NCBI GenBank assembly: GCA_019058365.1
Contig: JAHPZE010000005.1
Coordinates: 225,619-249,618 of the forward strand
DNA: 24,000 nt
Source of the DNA: Promethearchaeota archaeon
GTDB lineage: Archaea > Asgardarchaeota > Lokiarchaeia > Sigyniarchaeales > SOKP01
Direction of reading: 5' to 3'
Translations under genes and position numbers: made by a program
Notes under the pieces: model-generated
Seen by the model: only the letters and a program-made list of their open reading frames with translations
Databases searched by the model: none
What the model was told of the DNA's origin: nothing
Shown here: positions 1 to 9,061 of the stretch, one piece after another
How positions within the stretch are numbered: the stretch's first letter is position 1
Layout of the letters: every line of letters begins with the position of its first letter

Positions 1-2
1 AG

Positions 3-1850
3 CAAAATACTGATTTAACCTTTCGATTTTATATTATAGTTTTTATTGACAAATCGATTAATGATATTTTAAAATTTGTTAATAACTTTTTCTGGGAGAA
101 ATATGGTAGGAAAACCTTGTTTAAAAGTTTAGAACCTCAGATATTACCATTTGAGAATAATGTTTACGAAGGTTATATGGCTTTATTTGAGCGACATAAG
201 TTTTGGGGAGATTTTAAAATAAATGAGGTAGAATGCGGGGGAATTTGGTTTAGGTCTTGGGCAGGAAAGTATAAAAAACCTATTGAATTCATAAAGCCTG
301 AGAGGTTAAGTGAATATAGAAATAAAAGCACCTCTGGATTGCCAAGTTCACAATCAAAGGCTACAGATATGATAAACGATCTACAATATAACCCAGAAAA
401 AGTTAAATGGTTTGATAAATATACACGGAAAAGAGCTTATATTCATAGAACTGCTGAAATTTGGAATAATGCCTTTTTTCTAAATATGAGAACAGCTTAT
501 GGATTAAGATATTTTGGAGAATTATGGAATAATCAAGGTCTTAAAGATAAAGGAATCAGGATATTAAATACTATATTAAGTTTACCTCGAATAAGAGGAG
601 TATTTCCAAGTGTTATTTTTCCCGCATCTTTAAATTCTAATGTAATATCAACTATTAATGGTCTTAAAGCGTTCAGTTATACAGATGATTTTCATATAGT
701 TGATTCTTGCCTTGTTATGTATTGGGCATTACAATATTATCAAGATTTTAAGGCAGAGGAGAAAATTGTTGAGATGTGTGAAAAATTAGTAGATCTTATT
801 GAGGATATTCAAATGAATAATGGAGAAATTCCAAGTTATATAAATTTTAAAGAAGATGTAAGAAAACCTATAATAAGTGATATTTTGATGAATTCGGCAA
901 GTTCAGGAGCATCATTATTATTTCTGGTGGAATATTATAAAGTTTCAAAAGAACCAAGAATAATAGAAATTGTTAAGAGAATTACAAATTTTATCAATAA
1001 TGAAATTATTCCCATAAATAAATGGCATGATTTCGAACCTTTCTTTAGCTGTAGTCAATATCCATTGGATACTTTTGATAATTATACAAATAGTCACATT
1101 ATAAATACCTTATGCATTTATTGGTGTGCAGAGGGATTTAAAGAATTATATAAGGCAACGAAATACAATAAATATTTAAAAATTGGTGAACATGTATTAG
1201 CAATATTATCCTTATTTCAACAAGTATGGAATATGCCCTACATTAGTATTAATACATTTGGAGGATTTGGGGTACAAAATGCGGATGCTGAGTTAAATGA
1301 TGCTAGACAAGGATTATTTATTCGTACATATATGGATTATTATTTATTAACTGGAAGAGATGAATACATGGAAAGAGGAATTGCAGCATTAAGAGCATCT
1401 TGGGTATTGCAACTACTGCCAGAGAATGAAATTCAAAGTCCTGGCAATTTACAAGGAATTGATACTATTGAAGGTGTAGATAAAGGAGTTGTATATGAAA
1501 ATTATGGCCATACTGGAAGTGATTTTAGAACTCCAGGACATATAGCTTTTGATTGGGGTGTTGGAACTGCTGCAACTGCAACTGCATATGTAAAAAAGCA
1601 TTTTGGTGATTTGTTCATAGATTTTAAGGAAGAAAAAATATGGGGTATTAATGCTTTGTTAATACAACATTATGAGTTTTTACAAGATAGAATTACAATA
1701 GATTATTCTAAGATTCCTAAGAAAAAACATATTCTCATCAAAGCTAGAGATGCTCCTTCTTATCAAATAGAAATTGTAATAAATAGTAATTCAATAGGGT
1801 TGTATGATAAAGAAACATTAGAAAAAGGATTTAGAAAAGAATTTGAGTAA
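3..1850 (+). CDS. Large hypothetical protein, probably 5'-truncated by the window edge (at least 615 aa); family not recognised
   Basis: This frame is open from nt 3 to the TAA at 1848-1850. The ORF-track start at 117 is a TTG. The 38 codons upstream of it (QNTDLTFRFYIIVFIDKSINDILKFVNNFFWEKYGRKT) have no stop, although stops are frequent in this AT-rich DNA. There is a 4-nt gap to the next gene. The protein is W/Y-rich and looks helical; an (alpha/alpha)-toroid glycosidase-like fold is only a weak guess. Confidence 0.6.
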   Translation, partial: QNTDLTFRFYIIVFIDKSINDILKFVNNFFWEKYGRKTLFKSLEPQILPFENNVYEGYMALFERHKFWGDFKINEVECGGIWFRSWAGKYKKPIEFIKPERLSEYRNKSTSGLPSSQSKATDMINDLQYNPEKVKWFDKYTRKRAYIHRTAEIWNNAFFLNMRTAYGLRYFGELWNNQGLKDKGIRILNTILSLPRIRGVFPSVIFPASLNSNVISTINGLKAFSYTDDFHIVDSCLVMYWALQYYQDFKAEEKIVEMCEKLVDLIEDIQMNNGEIPSYINFKEDVRKPIISDILMNSASSGASLLFLVEYYKVSKEPRIIEIVKRITNFINNEIIPINKWHDFEPFFSCSQYPLDTFDNYTNSHIINTLCIYWCAEGFKELYKATKYNKYLKIGEHVLAILSLFQQVWNMPYISINTFGGFGVQNADAELNDARQGLFIRTYMDYYLLTGRDEYMERGIAALRASWVLQLLPENEIQSPGNLQGIDTIEGVDKGVVYENYGHTGSDFRTPGHIAFDWGVGTAATATAYVKKHFGDLFIDFKEEKIWGINALLIQHYEFLQDRITIDYSKIPKKKHILIKARDAPSYQIEIVINSNSIGLYDKETLEKGFRKEFE

Positions 1851-1854
1851 ATAA

Positions 1855-2721
1855 ATGAATTTAGTAAAATCCCCTATAATATCTTGTAGTCGTAGAACGG
1901 ATATACCTGCATTTTTGATGAATTGGGTTATTCAACAAATGAAAATTGGATACGTAGATGTAATAAATCCCTTTAATCGAAAACAAATATCTCACATTTC
2001 ATTAAAACCAGAAGATGTTAAATGTTGGGTTTGGTGGTCAAAGAATTTTGAGGATTGGATAAAAAAATTCAATGAGAATAAAAATCTTTTTAGAATATAT
2101 AGAGGTCATTCATTCCAATTTACAATAAACTCCCCATCTGAGTTAGAGAATAATGTAAAAATTTCTTTAGAGAATAGGTTTAAGCAACTAGCGTGGTTAA
2201 TAAAAGAATTCGGTTTATTAGCAGTTAATTTTAGGTTTGATCCAATAATCTTATACAAAAAACACAATTCTAATAAAGTATATAGTAATTTAGATCATTT
2301 TGAATACATTATCAAGAATGTTTCAGTTTTTGGGTTGAAGGAAATGATTTTTTCCTTTGCCACCATCTATCCAAAAGTAAAAAGTCGAATGTATACAAGA
2401 GGGTATATTCCAATAGATCCTACCTTCGAAAAGAAAAAAGAGATTCTCGATAATATGATAGAGATTTGTGCCAAATATGATATTAAAATGAAAGCTTGTT
2501 GTCAACCAGATTTACTTGAAATAGAGGGAATTGAGCAAGCACATTGTATTGATGCTTACAAAATTGAAAGGATTGTAAAGGAACCAATTCCTAAAATTAA
2601 GGATACTGGCCAAAGGGATCATTGTGGCTGTTCTAAGTCAAAAGATATTGGGGGATATTCAGGAATTTTTCGATGTAAACATAATTGCGCTTACTGTTAT
2701 GCTTCCCCAGCAAAAAGATAA
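1855..2721 (+). CDS. DUF1848 family protein (Cys-rich C-terminus, probable Fe-S protein)
   Basis: The N-terminal SCSRRTDIPAF...NPFN motif and the C-terminal CGCSKSKDIGGY...CKHNCAYCYA cysteine cluster are the hallmark of DUF1848. It is likely co-transcribed with the upstream ORF (4-nt gap). Confidence 0.75.
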   Translation: MNLVKSPIISCSRRTDIPAFLMNWVIQQMKIGYVDVINPFNRKQISHISLKPEDVKCWVWWSKNFEDWIKKFNENKNLFRIYRGHSFQFTINSPSELENNVKISLENRFKQLAWLIKEFGLLAVNFRFDPIILYKKHNSNKVYSNLDHFEYIIKNVSVFGLKEMIFSFATIYPKVKSRMYTRGYIPIDPTFEKKKEILDNMIEICAKYDIKMKACCQPDLLEIEGIEQAHCIDAYKIERIVKEPIPKIKDTGQRDHCGCSKSKDIGGYSGIFRCKHNCAYCYASPAKR

Positions 2722-2722
2722 T

Positions 2723-2743
2723 AAAAAAAGCTATTTTTTTTTT
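2723..2743. terminator. A7-GCTA-T10 hairpin / oligo-T tract between convergent genes
   Basis: AAAAAAAGCTATTTTTTTTTT lies directly after the TAA at 2719-2721. The T10 run is an archaeal-type terminator for the + strand operon, and the A7/T7 arms can pair. Confidence 0.45.
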
Positions 2744-3043
2744 ATATGAGATATAATTGTATGATTCCTAGAGGGATGTACAACTGAGAGTTCAAAAAAT
2801 ATGTCATAAAAGCAAAACATGCCCCATTGATCAATAATTTTACCTTTGGAATTTATATATAATATTCTTAAACCCTCAAATGCTGCTTCTTTCCCTGTAT
2901 ATAGGTTGAAAACCCTAACCTTCTCCTAAATGTTTACCATGTCCTTTATAGCGAATCCATACCTTATATTCCTCTCTTTTTCTCTCAACTTTTTCGTATT
3001 TTAAATTGGGAAATAATATTTTTTCAGTTTCTTCAACCTTCAT
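2731..3043 (-). pseudogene. Split small ORF (about 104 codons in two frames), unknown function; frameshifted gene or recoding candidate
   Basis: From the ATG at 3043, frame 1 reads MKVEETEKILFPNLKYEKVERKREEYKVWIRYKGHGKHLGEG* (stop at 2915-2917). The +1 frame is open from 2925 and reads EKVRVFNLYTGKEAAFEGLRILYINSKGKIIDQWGMFCFYDIFFELSVVHPSRNHTIISHIKKK*, stopping at 2731-2733. Both pieces read like protein, and each is below the ORF-track length cutoff. Confidence 0.3.
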
Positions 3044-3217
3044 ATTATATCATAATAAATTTATTTTTTAAATAAAAAATAGAGTTATAAATTTTAATAA
3101 AATCTAATATTTTGAATATTAAAGAAAAACCAAAATAATTATTTTGTAAAAATTTTTCAATTCTGATATTATAGATCATATTAATGTTGAGGTTTTAATT
3201 AAGAAAGAGGTATTATT

Positions 3218-4102
3218 ATGCCAATATGTAAATTTTACATAGTAGATGTGTTTGCTGAAAGGAAATTTGAAGGGAATCAGCTTGCTGTGTTTATCTGTGA
3301 TGAAGTACTCTTTGAAGCTGAAATGCAGAAAATAGCAAAAGAAATTAACTATTCTGAGACAACCTTTATTACATCAAAAGAAAATTATGATGTTCGGATA
3401 TTTACTCCCGAAGTAGAATTGGCTTTTGCGGGGCATCCGACATTAGGAACTGCTTTTGTGATTCAACAAGAATTAATTAAAGAAAATGTTAAAACTTTAC
3501 TTTTGAATCTCAAGATCGGTCCAATTCCGGTGTTATTTAAATACAAATCAGGAAAGCCTGATATTATTTGGATGGAACAAAATCCACCAATATTTAGTAG
3601 ATTCTTTGATACAGAAACAATTTCATTGATATTAAATTTAAAGGAAAGTGATATTGATGATAGGTTTCCAATTCAAGAAGTCTCTACAGGGGAACCTTTT
3701 ATAATTGTACCATTAAAAACCTTAGATGCCTTAAAAAGAGCTAAAGTAGATGTGGAGAAATGTCTTGACCTTGTGGAGAACACTGAAGCAAAGTCAATAT
3801 TGATTTTTTGTCCTCAAACACATAAAAAAGGAAATGACTTAAGTGTACGAGTTTTTGCTCATTATCAAGGAATACCAGAAGATCCTGCAACAGGTTCAGG
3901 AAATGGATGTCTTGCAGCATATCTAGTGAAGCATCAATATTTCATTAAAAATAGCATAAATGTCAGAGTTGAGCAAGGATATGAAATCAACCGTCCTTCA
4001 TTGCTTTATTTAAAGGCTGAAGAAAGTGATGGTGGTACAATAAGTGTTTCAGTTGGAGGGAGAGTTTTTCTTATTGCTATAGGAGAATTATCTCATGATT
4101 AA
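3218..4102 (+). CDS. PhzF-family (phenazine biosynthesis-like) isomerase/epimerase
   Basis: The 294-aa product begins FYIVDVFAERKFEGNQLAVF and contains YSETTFI, FAGHPTLGTA and DPATGSGNGCLAAYL blocks typical of PhzF/DAP-epimerase-like proteins. A GAGGT ribosome-binding site sits about 8 nt upstream of the ATG. Confidence 0.85.
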   Translation: MPICKFYIVDVFAERKFEGNQLAVFICDEVLFEAEMQKIAKEINYSETTFITSKENYDVRIFTPEVELAFAGHPTLGTAFVIQQELIKENVKTLLLNLKIGPIPVLFKYKSGKPDIIWMEQNPPIFSRFFDTETISLILNLKESDIDDRFPIQEVSTGEPFIIVPLKTLDALKRAKVDVEKCLDLVENTEAKSILIFCPQTHKKGNDLSVRVFAHYQGIPEDPATGSGNGCLAAYLVKHQYFIKNSINVRVEQGYEINRPSLLYLKAEESDGGTISVSVGGRVFLIAIGELSHD

Positions 4103-4131
4103 AAATTTACTATACGAATAATTAAAAAATT

Positions 4132-5250
4132 TTAAACGCTAGTTCTATATGCTTTAACTTTTTTTACTAACGCATTTACCTCTTTAGAATGAGAAAATAA
4201 AGCACATGGAGAGCCATTAGTTTCTAATAAATGTTCACTTTCTCGAATTATCTTGAATAATTTGCTATTTAAACCTTCCCTTAATGTATTTTTAGTTAAA
4301 TTATGAGTTGCAATATTAGAAACTGGACAAGGTGTCAAATCACCTAATGGTGTTATATGAGCAAATCCTCTGCCTGCTGAGACACATCCACTCATATATT
4401 CTTCATCTCCGGGAGAATGTATAAGAAATATTTGTTTAGTTTCTCGGTATTGTAAAACTTTTTCTCTGAATTCTTTACTTTCTTCATTAGTAAGCATCAA
4501 TTCTGTATCATTATCTACTGGAATATATTCAAGAAGGAAAGCCAAACGAACACCTTTAGACATCAGATCATCGATATTTTTGGGGTTCATCCAAAATTTT
4601 ACATTTTTTCGATTTATCGTCACTGAAATCCCACTAATCACTCCCTTACTATCTAACTCGTTAATGGTATTAATGGCTTTTTCGTAAACTCCTTCACCTC
4701 TTCGTTTATCAGTTAAATCTTGATCTCCTTCAATACTTACCATTATTATTGTATTTCTTAATCGTTTAAGTTTTTCAATATATTGAGCTTGTAAGATTGT
4801 TCCATTTGTAAAAATCAAGAATAACCTATCTTTGAATTCCTCATTTATTTTTAATAAATCAGGCATTAAGAAAGGTTCCCCACCCGCTATTATAAAAGCA
4901 AACACACCTAGTTCTTTTGCTTCTTGAATTATTTTTATCCATTGTTCCAAAGTTAGTGAATTATTAGTTTTCTGGTAACATAATGTACCTGTTGCTGCGG
5001 CATAGCAACCAGCACATTTAAGATTGCAATTTGACGTTATACTTAATATTAGGAATGGAGGTACTTTTAATCCTTTAAGCAGCTCTTCTCCTCTTATATT
5101 TCGAGACTTTCTATACGCTTTCGCTAATCTTATCATTGTATACATACTTTTTGGATGTTTTAAAATCCAAGGCATGAAGATTTTAGCCATTATTGGATCA
5201 ACTTTCTTTAGAGTGCGGTTAATATAATTAGTATTTTTTTCGTCCATCAT
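4132..5250 (-). CDS. Radical SAM protein with SPASM-like C-terminal Cys cluster
   Basis: It has a CX3CX2C motif (SNCNLKCAGCY), a GGEPF glycine-rich SAM motif, and downstream cysteines (SGCVSAGRGFAHITPLGDLTPCP...SPCALF). Confidence 0.8.
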   Translation of the reverse strand: MMDEKNTNYINRTLKKVDPIMAKIFMPWILKHPKSMYTMIRLAKAYRKSRNIRGEELLKGLKVPPFLILSITSNCNLKCAGCYAAATGTLCYQKTNNSLTLEQWIKIIQEAKELGVFAFIIAGGEPFLMPDLLKINEEFKDRLFLIFTNGTILQAQYIEKLKRLRNTIIMVSIEGDQDLTDKRRGEGVYEKAINTINELDSKGVISGISVTINRKNVKFWMNPKNIDDLMSKGVRLAFLLEYIPVDNDTELMLTNEESKEFREKVLQYRETKQIFLIHSPGDEEYMSGCVSAGRGFAHITPLGDLTPCPVSNIATHNLTKNTLREGLNSKLFKIIRESEHLLETNGSPCALFSHSKEVNALVKKVKAYRTSV

Positions 5251-5500
5251 TTATTCAATTTTCCTTTATCGTATTAGATTATAATTTTTAAATTCATTGT
5301 ATGATTTTAAGGAAAATATTGCTTAACTTATAATTTCAGTAGTCCATTATTTATTAAAAATAGAAGTTTGCTACACAAGTGTTTAAGAAACTCTTTTAAT
5401 CATATTTATAACTATTATCTCATAAGTTTTAAAGAAAGTCTTGTTTTTAGTTTATTTTATATTCAAAAATTTTTATAAGCAATCTAAAATTTTAAAAAAA

Positions 5501-6007
5501 ATGAATAAGCTAAGTGAAAAAAAGGCTGAAGAGAAAGTTCCATTAATAGGAATTGGTCCTAAATTACTAATAATAATGTGCCCATTTTTTGTTTTATTTG
5601 GAGTTTTAACTTCAATTTTTTATCCAATTTTTCAAATCCCGATAAATTTTTATCTATTAGTTATTATTGGATCTATTTTAATAACATTTGGACTTTTTGT
5701 GTTTATATATTCTGAGAGAATTTTAAGTATGGCTTATAATTCATCAGAATTAATCACAATAAAAACTTATGCATATGTAAGACATCCAATGTACGCTTCT
5801 TGGGGTTTAGCAACACTTCCAGGTATTTTCTGCTTACTTAATAGCTGGATTCTCTTCATAATTCTTGTTATATATTATTTATTTGTTAGAATTTTATTAC
5901 AAAAGGAAGAAAGATATTTATTAGAAAAATATGGTAAAAAGTATGTTCATTATATAAAAAATGTGAATGCCTTCTTTCCAAAATTGAAAAAGTATAAACC
6001 AGAATAA
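5501..6007 (+). CDS. ICMT/PEMT-family membrane methyltransferase (isoprenylcysteine carboxyl methyltransferase-like)
   Basis: It has multiple hydrophobic helices and a YAYVRHPMYASWG motif followed by EERYLLEKYGKKY, typical of the ICMT/phospholipid methyltransferase family. I prefer the ATG at 5501 (MNKLSEKK...) over the TTG at 5441 given in the track. Confidence 0.7.
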   Translation: MNKLSEKKAEEKVPLIGIGPKLLIIMCPFFVLFGVLTSIFYPIFQIPINFYLLVIIGSILITFGLFVFIYSERILSMAYNSSELITIKTYAYVRHPMYASWGLATLPGIFCLLNSWILFIILVIYYLFVRILLQKEERYLLEKYGKKYVHYIKNVNAFFPKLKKYKPE

Positions 6008-6016
6008 AATCATTAA

Positions 6017-7465
6017 ATGATTAGCATGGATATCAAATTAAAGTATGCGGTTATTACACTTTGTATAATTTTATTCCAATCAGGTTTAAAGTTAATTGGC
6101 GTGTTAATTACTAGAAGTTTGAGTTTTTTATCTGAAACCGTAGATACTTTAGTAGATATACTGTTTGTCTCTATAACTTTATATTCATTATATTATAGTC
6201 AAAAACCAGCTGATTACGAACATATGTATGGGCATAGTAAAATTGATTCTATTTCAGGATTGATTCAGGGAGTTATATTGATGAACGTTTATGTTGTATT
6301 AATTTATAATGCGATTCAAGTAATTATATTAAGTGAATTTGATATTACAAATCCTGAAATTGGTTTAATTATATTAATTACTTCATTTATTGTAAATTTA
6401 ATTTTCTCTAGAATACTCATTTCAAAAGGAAAGCAACAAAAAAGTATAACCATGGAAATTCAGGGTCTTAACTTATTTCAAGATTCTATTAGAGCTATCA
6501 TAGTTCTATTCAGTTTTATCTTTGCATATTTTAACGTTATTTTTCTTGATCCAATACTTAGTATTGTTCTTTCTGTATGGATAATAATAGGTGCACTTAA
6601 ATTGGCTAAACAAGGTGTTAAAGAACTCACAGATACGAATCCAATAAGTTCAATTATCTTTGAAGAATTAAGACAGAATATTTTTACCTTAGAGCATGTT
6701 ATTGGGGTACATGATATCAAAATACGAACTAGTGGAAAAGCTTTATTTTTAGAAGTTCATTTATCAGTTGAAGATCACATTTCCATTATCCATGCAAATG
6801 AAATCATAAAGTCAATAAGAAGCATGAGTGAGAAGTTATTTCCATTATATGAAGTAGAGTGTATTGTAGAAATGAATCCTATAGCCGGTGAAAAATCAAT
6901 AGGGGAAGGGTTAATAAATCTAATTTTTTCAATGAAATTAGAATATCCAGAAATTCAAGATTTTAAAGATCTTAATATATTTAGAATTGAGAATGAATAC
7001 TTTATTTCTTTAATTGTTATGGTCGATGAAAATCTTTCACTTACCGAAGCGCATGATATATGCTCTAGTTTTGAAGATGAGATAAAAATGGAAGCTCCTT
7101 TAATATCAAGAGTGATTACTCATATTGAAAGCCGACCTCATAGTGCAGTTCTTATACCGAATCAAATAAAATGTGCTGAGGTAGGATCAGAGATGATCCA
7201 ACAAATAAGGAAAGAAGTAGAAGAGGTGCTAAGAGCGCATTCTCAAGTTAAAGGATATCATGGATTAGAATTTTGGGCGACATTGGATTACTGCATCTTA
7301 GAAATTCATGTATTTTTTGCTGGCTCGCTTAATATTTCACGAACACATGAATATATAACAGAATTAGAAATTAAAATTAGAGAAAAATTAGGGATAGATA
7401 ACTTGGATACAATTTTCCTTCATTCTGAACCAATTGAGGGCAGAAAGGAAGGGATTATCTTTTAA
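6017..7465 (+). CDS. Cation diffusion facilitator (CDF) family metal efflux transporter with an extended, repeated cytoplasmic tail
   Basis: TM2 carries DTLVD (DxxxD), followed by YGHSKIDSISGLIQG, and TM5 has a QDSIRA segment. After the membrane domain come three successive ZT_dimer-like segments. The protein is 482 aa, against roughly 300 aa for a typical CDF. Confidence 0.8.
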   Translation: MISMDIKLKYAVITLCIILFQSGLKLIGVLITRSLSFLSETVDTLVDILFVSITLYSLYYSQKPADYEHMYGHSKIDSISGLIQGVILMNVYVVLIYNAIQVIILSEFDITNPEIGLIILITSFIVNLIFSRILISKGKQQKSITMEIQGLNLFQDSIRAIIVLFSFIFAYFNVIFLDPILSIVLSVWIIIGALKLAKQGVKELTDTNPISSIIFEELRQNIFTLEHVIGVHDIKIRTSGKALFLEVHLSVEDHISIIHANEIIKSIRSMSEKLFPLYEVECIVEMNPIAGEKSIGEGLINLIFSMKLEYPEIQDFKDLNIFRIENEYFISLIVMVDENLSLTEAHDICSSFEDEIKMEAPLISRVITHIESRPHSAVLIPNQIKCAEVGSEMIQQIRKEVEEVLRAHSQVKGYHGLEFWATLDYCILEIHVFFAGSLNISRTHEYITELEIKIREKLGIDNLDTIFLHSEPIEGRKEGIIF

Positions 7466-7478
7466 TAACAATTCTTAT

Positions 7479-8618
7479 TTAAAAGGGAAAGTCGTAGTGA
7501 TCTAATCCAAGTTCTTTTTGCATTACTTTAATATCTTTTTGCAAACTTTTATTTATTGGAATCCCTGTATTTCTTCTTTCCAATTCAGAATAAAATTCTT
7601 TTTCCCCCGCTGTGTAGATTTTTTCTTTCCCTGGTGCTTTTTTAGAACTCCTCAATTCTCGCATGATATTGCCAGTTATTTCTTTAAAACGATCGATTGG
7701 AATGAAATTTTGAATGTTTATTACCAAAAAGAAATGCCCTACTTTTAATCTTTCTTGACCTTCTTCTATAACACCAGCTGTATCTTTAAGATATACTCCA
7801 TCCTGTAATGCAGAACATAGTATTTCAGCAAATGTTGCATAACCATATCCTTTATGACCCGAAGTATCTTCCCCTTTACCTCCTAAAGGTAATAATGCCG
7901 CAGAACGGTTAACTAATTTGTCTAATACAATACGGGGATCTGTTTTTGAATTACCATTATTAGAAATAATTAATCCCTCTGGTAAAGGCTTATGTAATCT
8001 GTTATATACTTCTACTTTACCTCTTTGAATAATAGAGGTTGCGCAATCTAATAAAAATGGAAAGTCTTCATCTGTAGGAGCACCATATGTTAGTGGATTT
8101 GTTCCTAACATTGGTTCTGCTCCAAAGGTAGGTGGGACAGAAGGTCGCGTATTTGTAGTGACAAAACCTATCATTCCCTCTTTGATTGCCATGAGTGAAT
8201 AATAACCAGCGATCCCAAAATGAGAACTATTACGTACTGCAACTGCTCCAAGACCGTAGTTTTTAGCTTTTTCAATAGCTAATCTCATTGCACGATATGC
8301 AATAACATGTCCCATTCCATAACCTCCATCTAAAACTGCTGTAGTAGCATCATCTCTGATAACTTGAATATTTGTTTTTGGATTATAAATACCCTGTTTA
8401 ATTCTATCATAATACATTTTACATCTTTGAATACCATGTGAATCAATACCCCTCAAATCGGATGTAATAAGAACATCAGCTATAATTTCTGCATGTTCTT
8501 CAGGAACTTCCAACTCAATGAAAACATCTTTTATAAAATCCTTAAGAGTATCGACATCTACATAAACTATGTCTTCTGTGTGATTTAAGGGTGGTTCCTC
8601 AAGTAGTTTTTCTATCAT
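7479..8618 (-). CDS. Ldh_2 family oxidoreductase (malate / L-sulfolactate / L-lactate dehydrogenase type 2)
   Basis: SDLRGIDSHGIQR, NSSHFGIAGYY, GTNPL and GHKGYGYA blocks match the Ldh_2 (MdhII/ComC) family. The substrate cannot be assigned from sequence alone. Confidence 0.8.
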   Translation of the reverse strand: MIEKLLEEPPLNHTEDIVYVDVDTLKDFIKDVFIELEVPEEHAEIIADVLITSDLRGIDSHGIQRCKMYYDRIKQGIYNPKTNIQVIRDDATTAVLDGGYGMGHVIAYRAMRLAIEKAKNYGLGAVAVRNSSHFGIAGYYSLMAIKEGMIGFVTTNTRPSVPPTFGAEPMLGTNPLTYGAPTDEDFPFLLDCATSIIQRGKVEVYNRLHKPLPEGLIISNNGNSKTDPRIVLDKLVNRSAALLPLGGKGEDTSGHKGYGYATFAEILCSALQDGVYLKDTAGVIEEGQERLKVGHFFLVINIQNFIPIDRFKEITGNIMRELRSSKKAPGKEKIYTAGEKEFYSELERRNTGIPINKSLQKDIKVMQKELGLDHYDFPF

Positions 8619-8867
8619 TTTCTTAAAGTACCAAAAAAAAAGTTGATAGAAATAGATTAGGAACCTTTCTATTTAATCAAAATCCTATTTAATATAAGGT
8701 GAATAATAGTGATTAAGAGGTTGTTTTTAATATTTTATTTTGGTTTTTTTAATAATTTAATATGTTTATAAAGAGCTAAAATTTTTATATCAATTTACCA
8801 ATTTATAATTTATAGGCAGAAATTTTCTTAAAATGAAATTAAAAAGTAGTCAATTTGATAAAAAAAA

Positions 8868-8983
8868 GGCTCCTGTCAACCCTGGATTTTTGTCTTTTGG
8901 TTGTGTAAGTAATTACACAAGAAAATAACCTACTTTACCTTTTTAAAATTTTTGCCTTGTATTGAGGCTTATTGGCAGGAGCC
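8868..8983. ncRNA. Candidate structured small RNA or 3'-UTR element (116 nt), class unknown
   Basis: A 12-bp closing stem joins GGCTCCTGTCAA (8868-8879) and TTGGCAGGAGCC (8972-8983). Inside are a perfect 8-bp hairpin, TTGTGTAA-GTAA-TTACACAA (8901-8920), and a 4-bp hairpin, GCCT-TGTATTG-AGGC (8954-8968). The element is flanked by an A8 run (8860-8867), which is T8 on the minus strand. Strand is ambiguous (see finding). Confidence 0.3.
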
Positions 8984-9021
8984 TCCTCTATTAATTTGTA
9001 ATTTCAAATAATTTTTATGTT

Positions 9022-9030
9022 AAAAAAAAA
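9022..9030 (-). terminator. Oligo-T (T9) terminator downstream of the 9062..9892 gene
   Basis: The A9 run on the + strand is T9 on the minus strand, 32 nt past the stop codon. Confidence 0.45.
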
Positions 9031-9061
9031 GATCTGAATCTCTATAGAGACTAATTTTTCT

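Noticed and set aside
2913-2918. Telomere-like CCCTAA/TTAGGG hexamer
   Set aside because: It is a single copy inside the split small ORF, with no tandem array, so it is coincidental.
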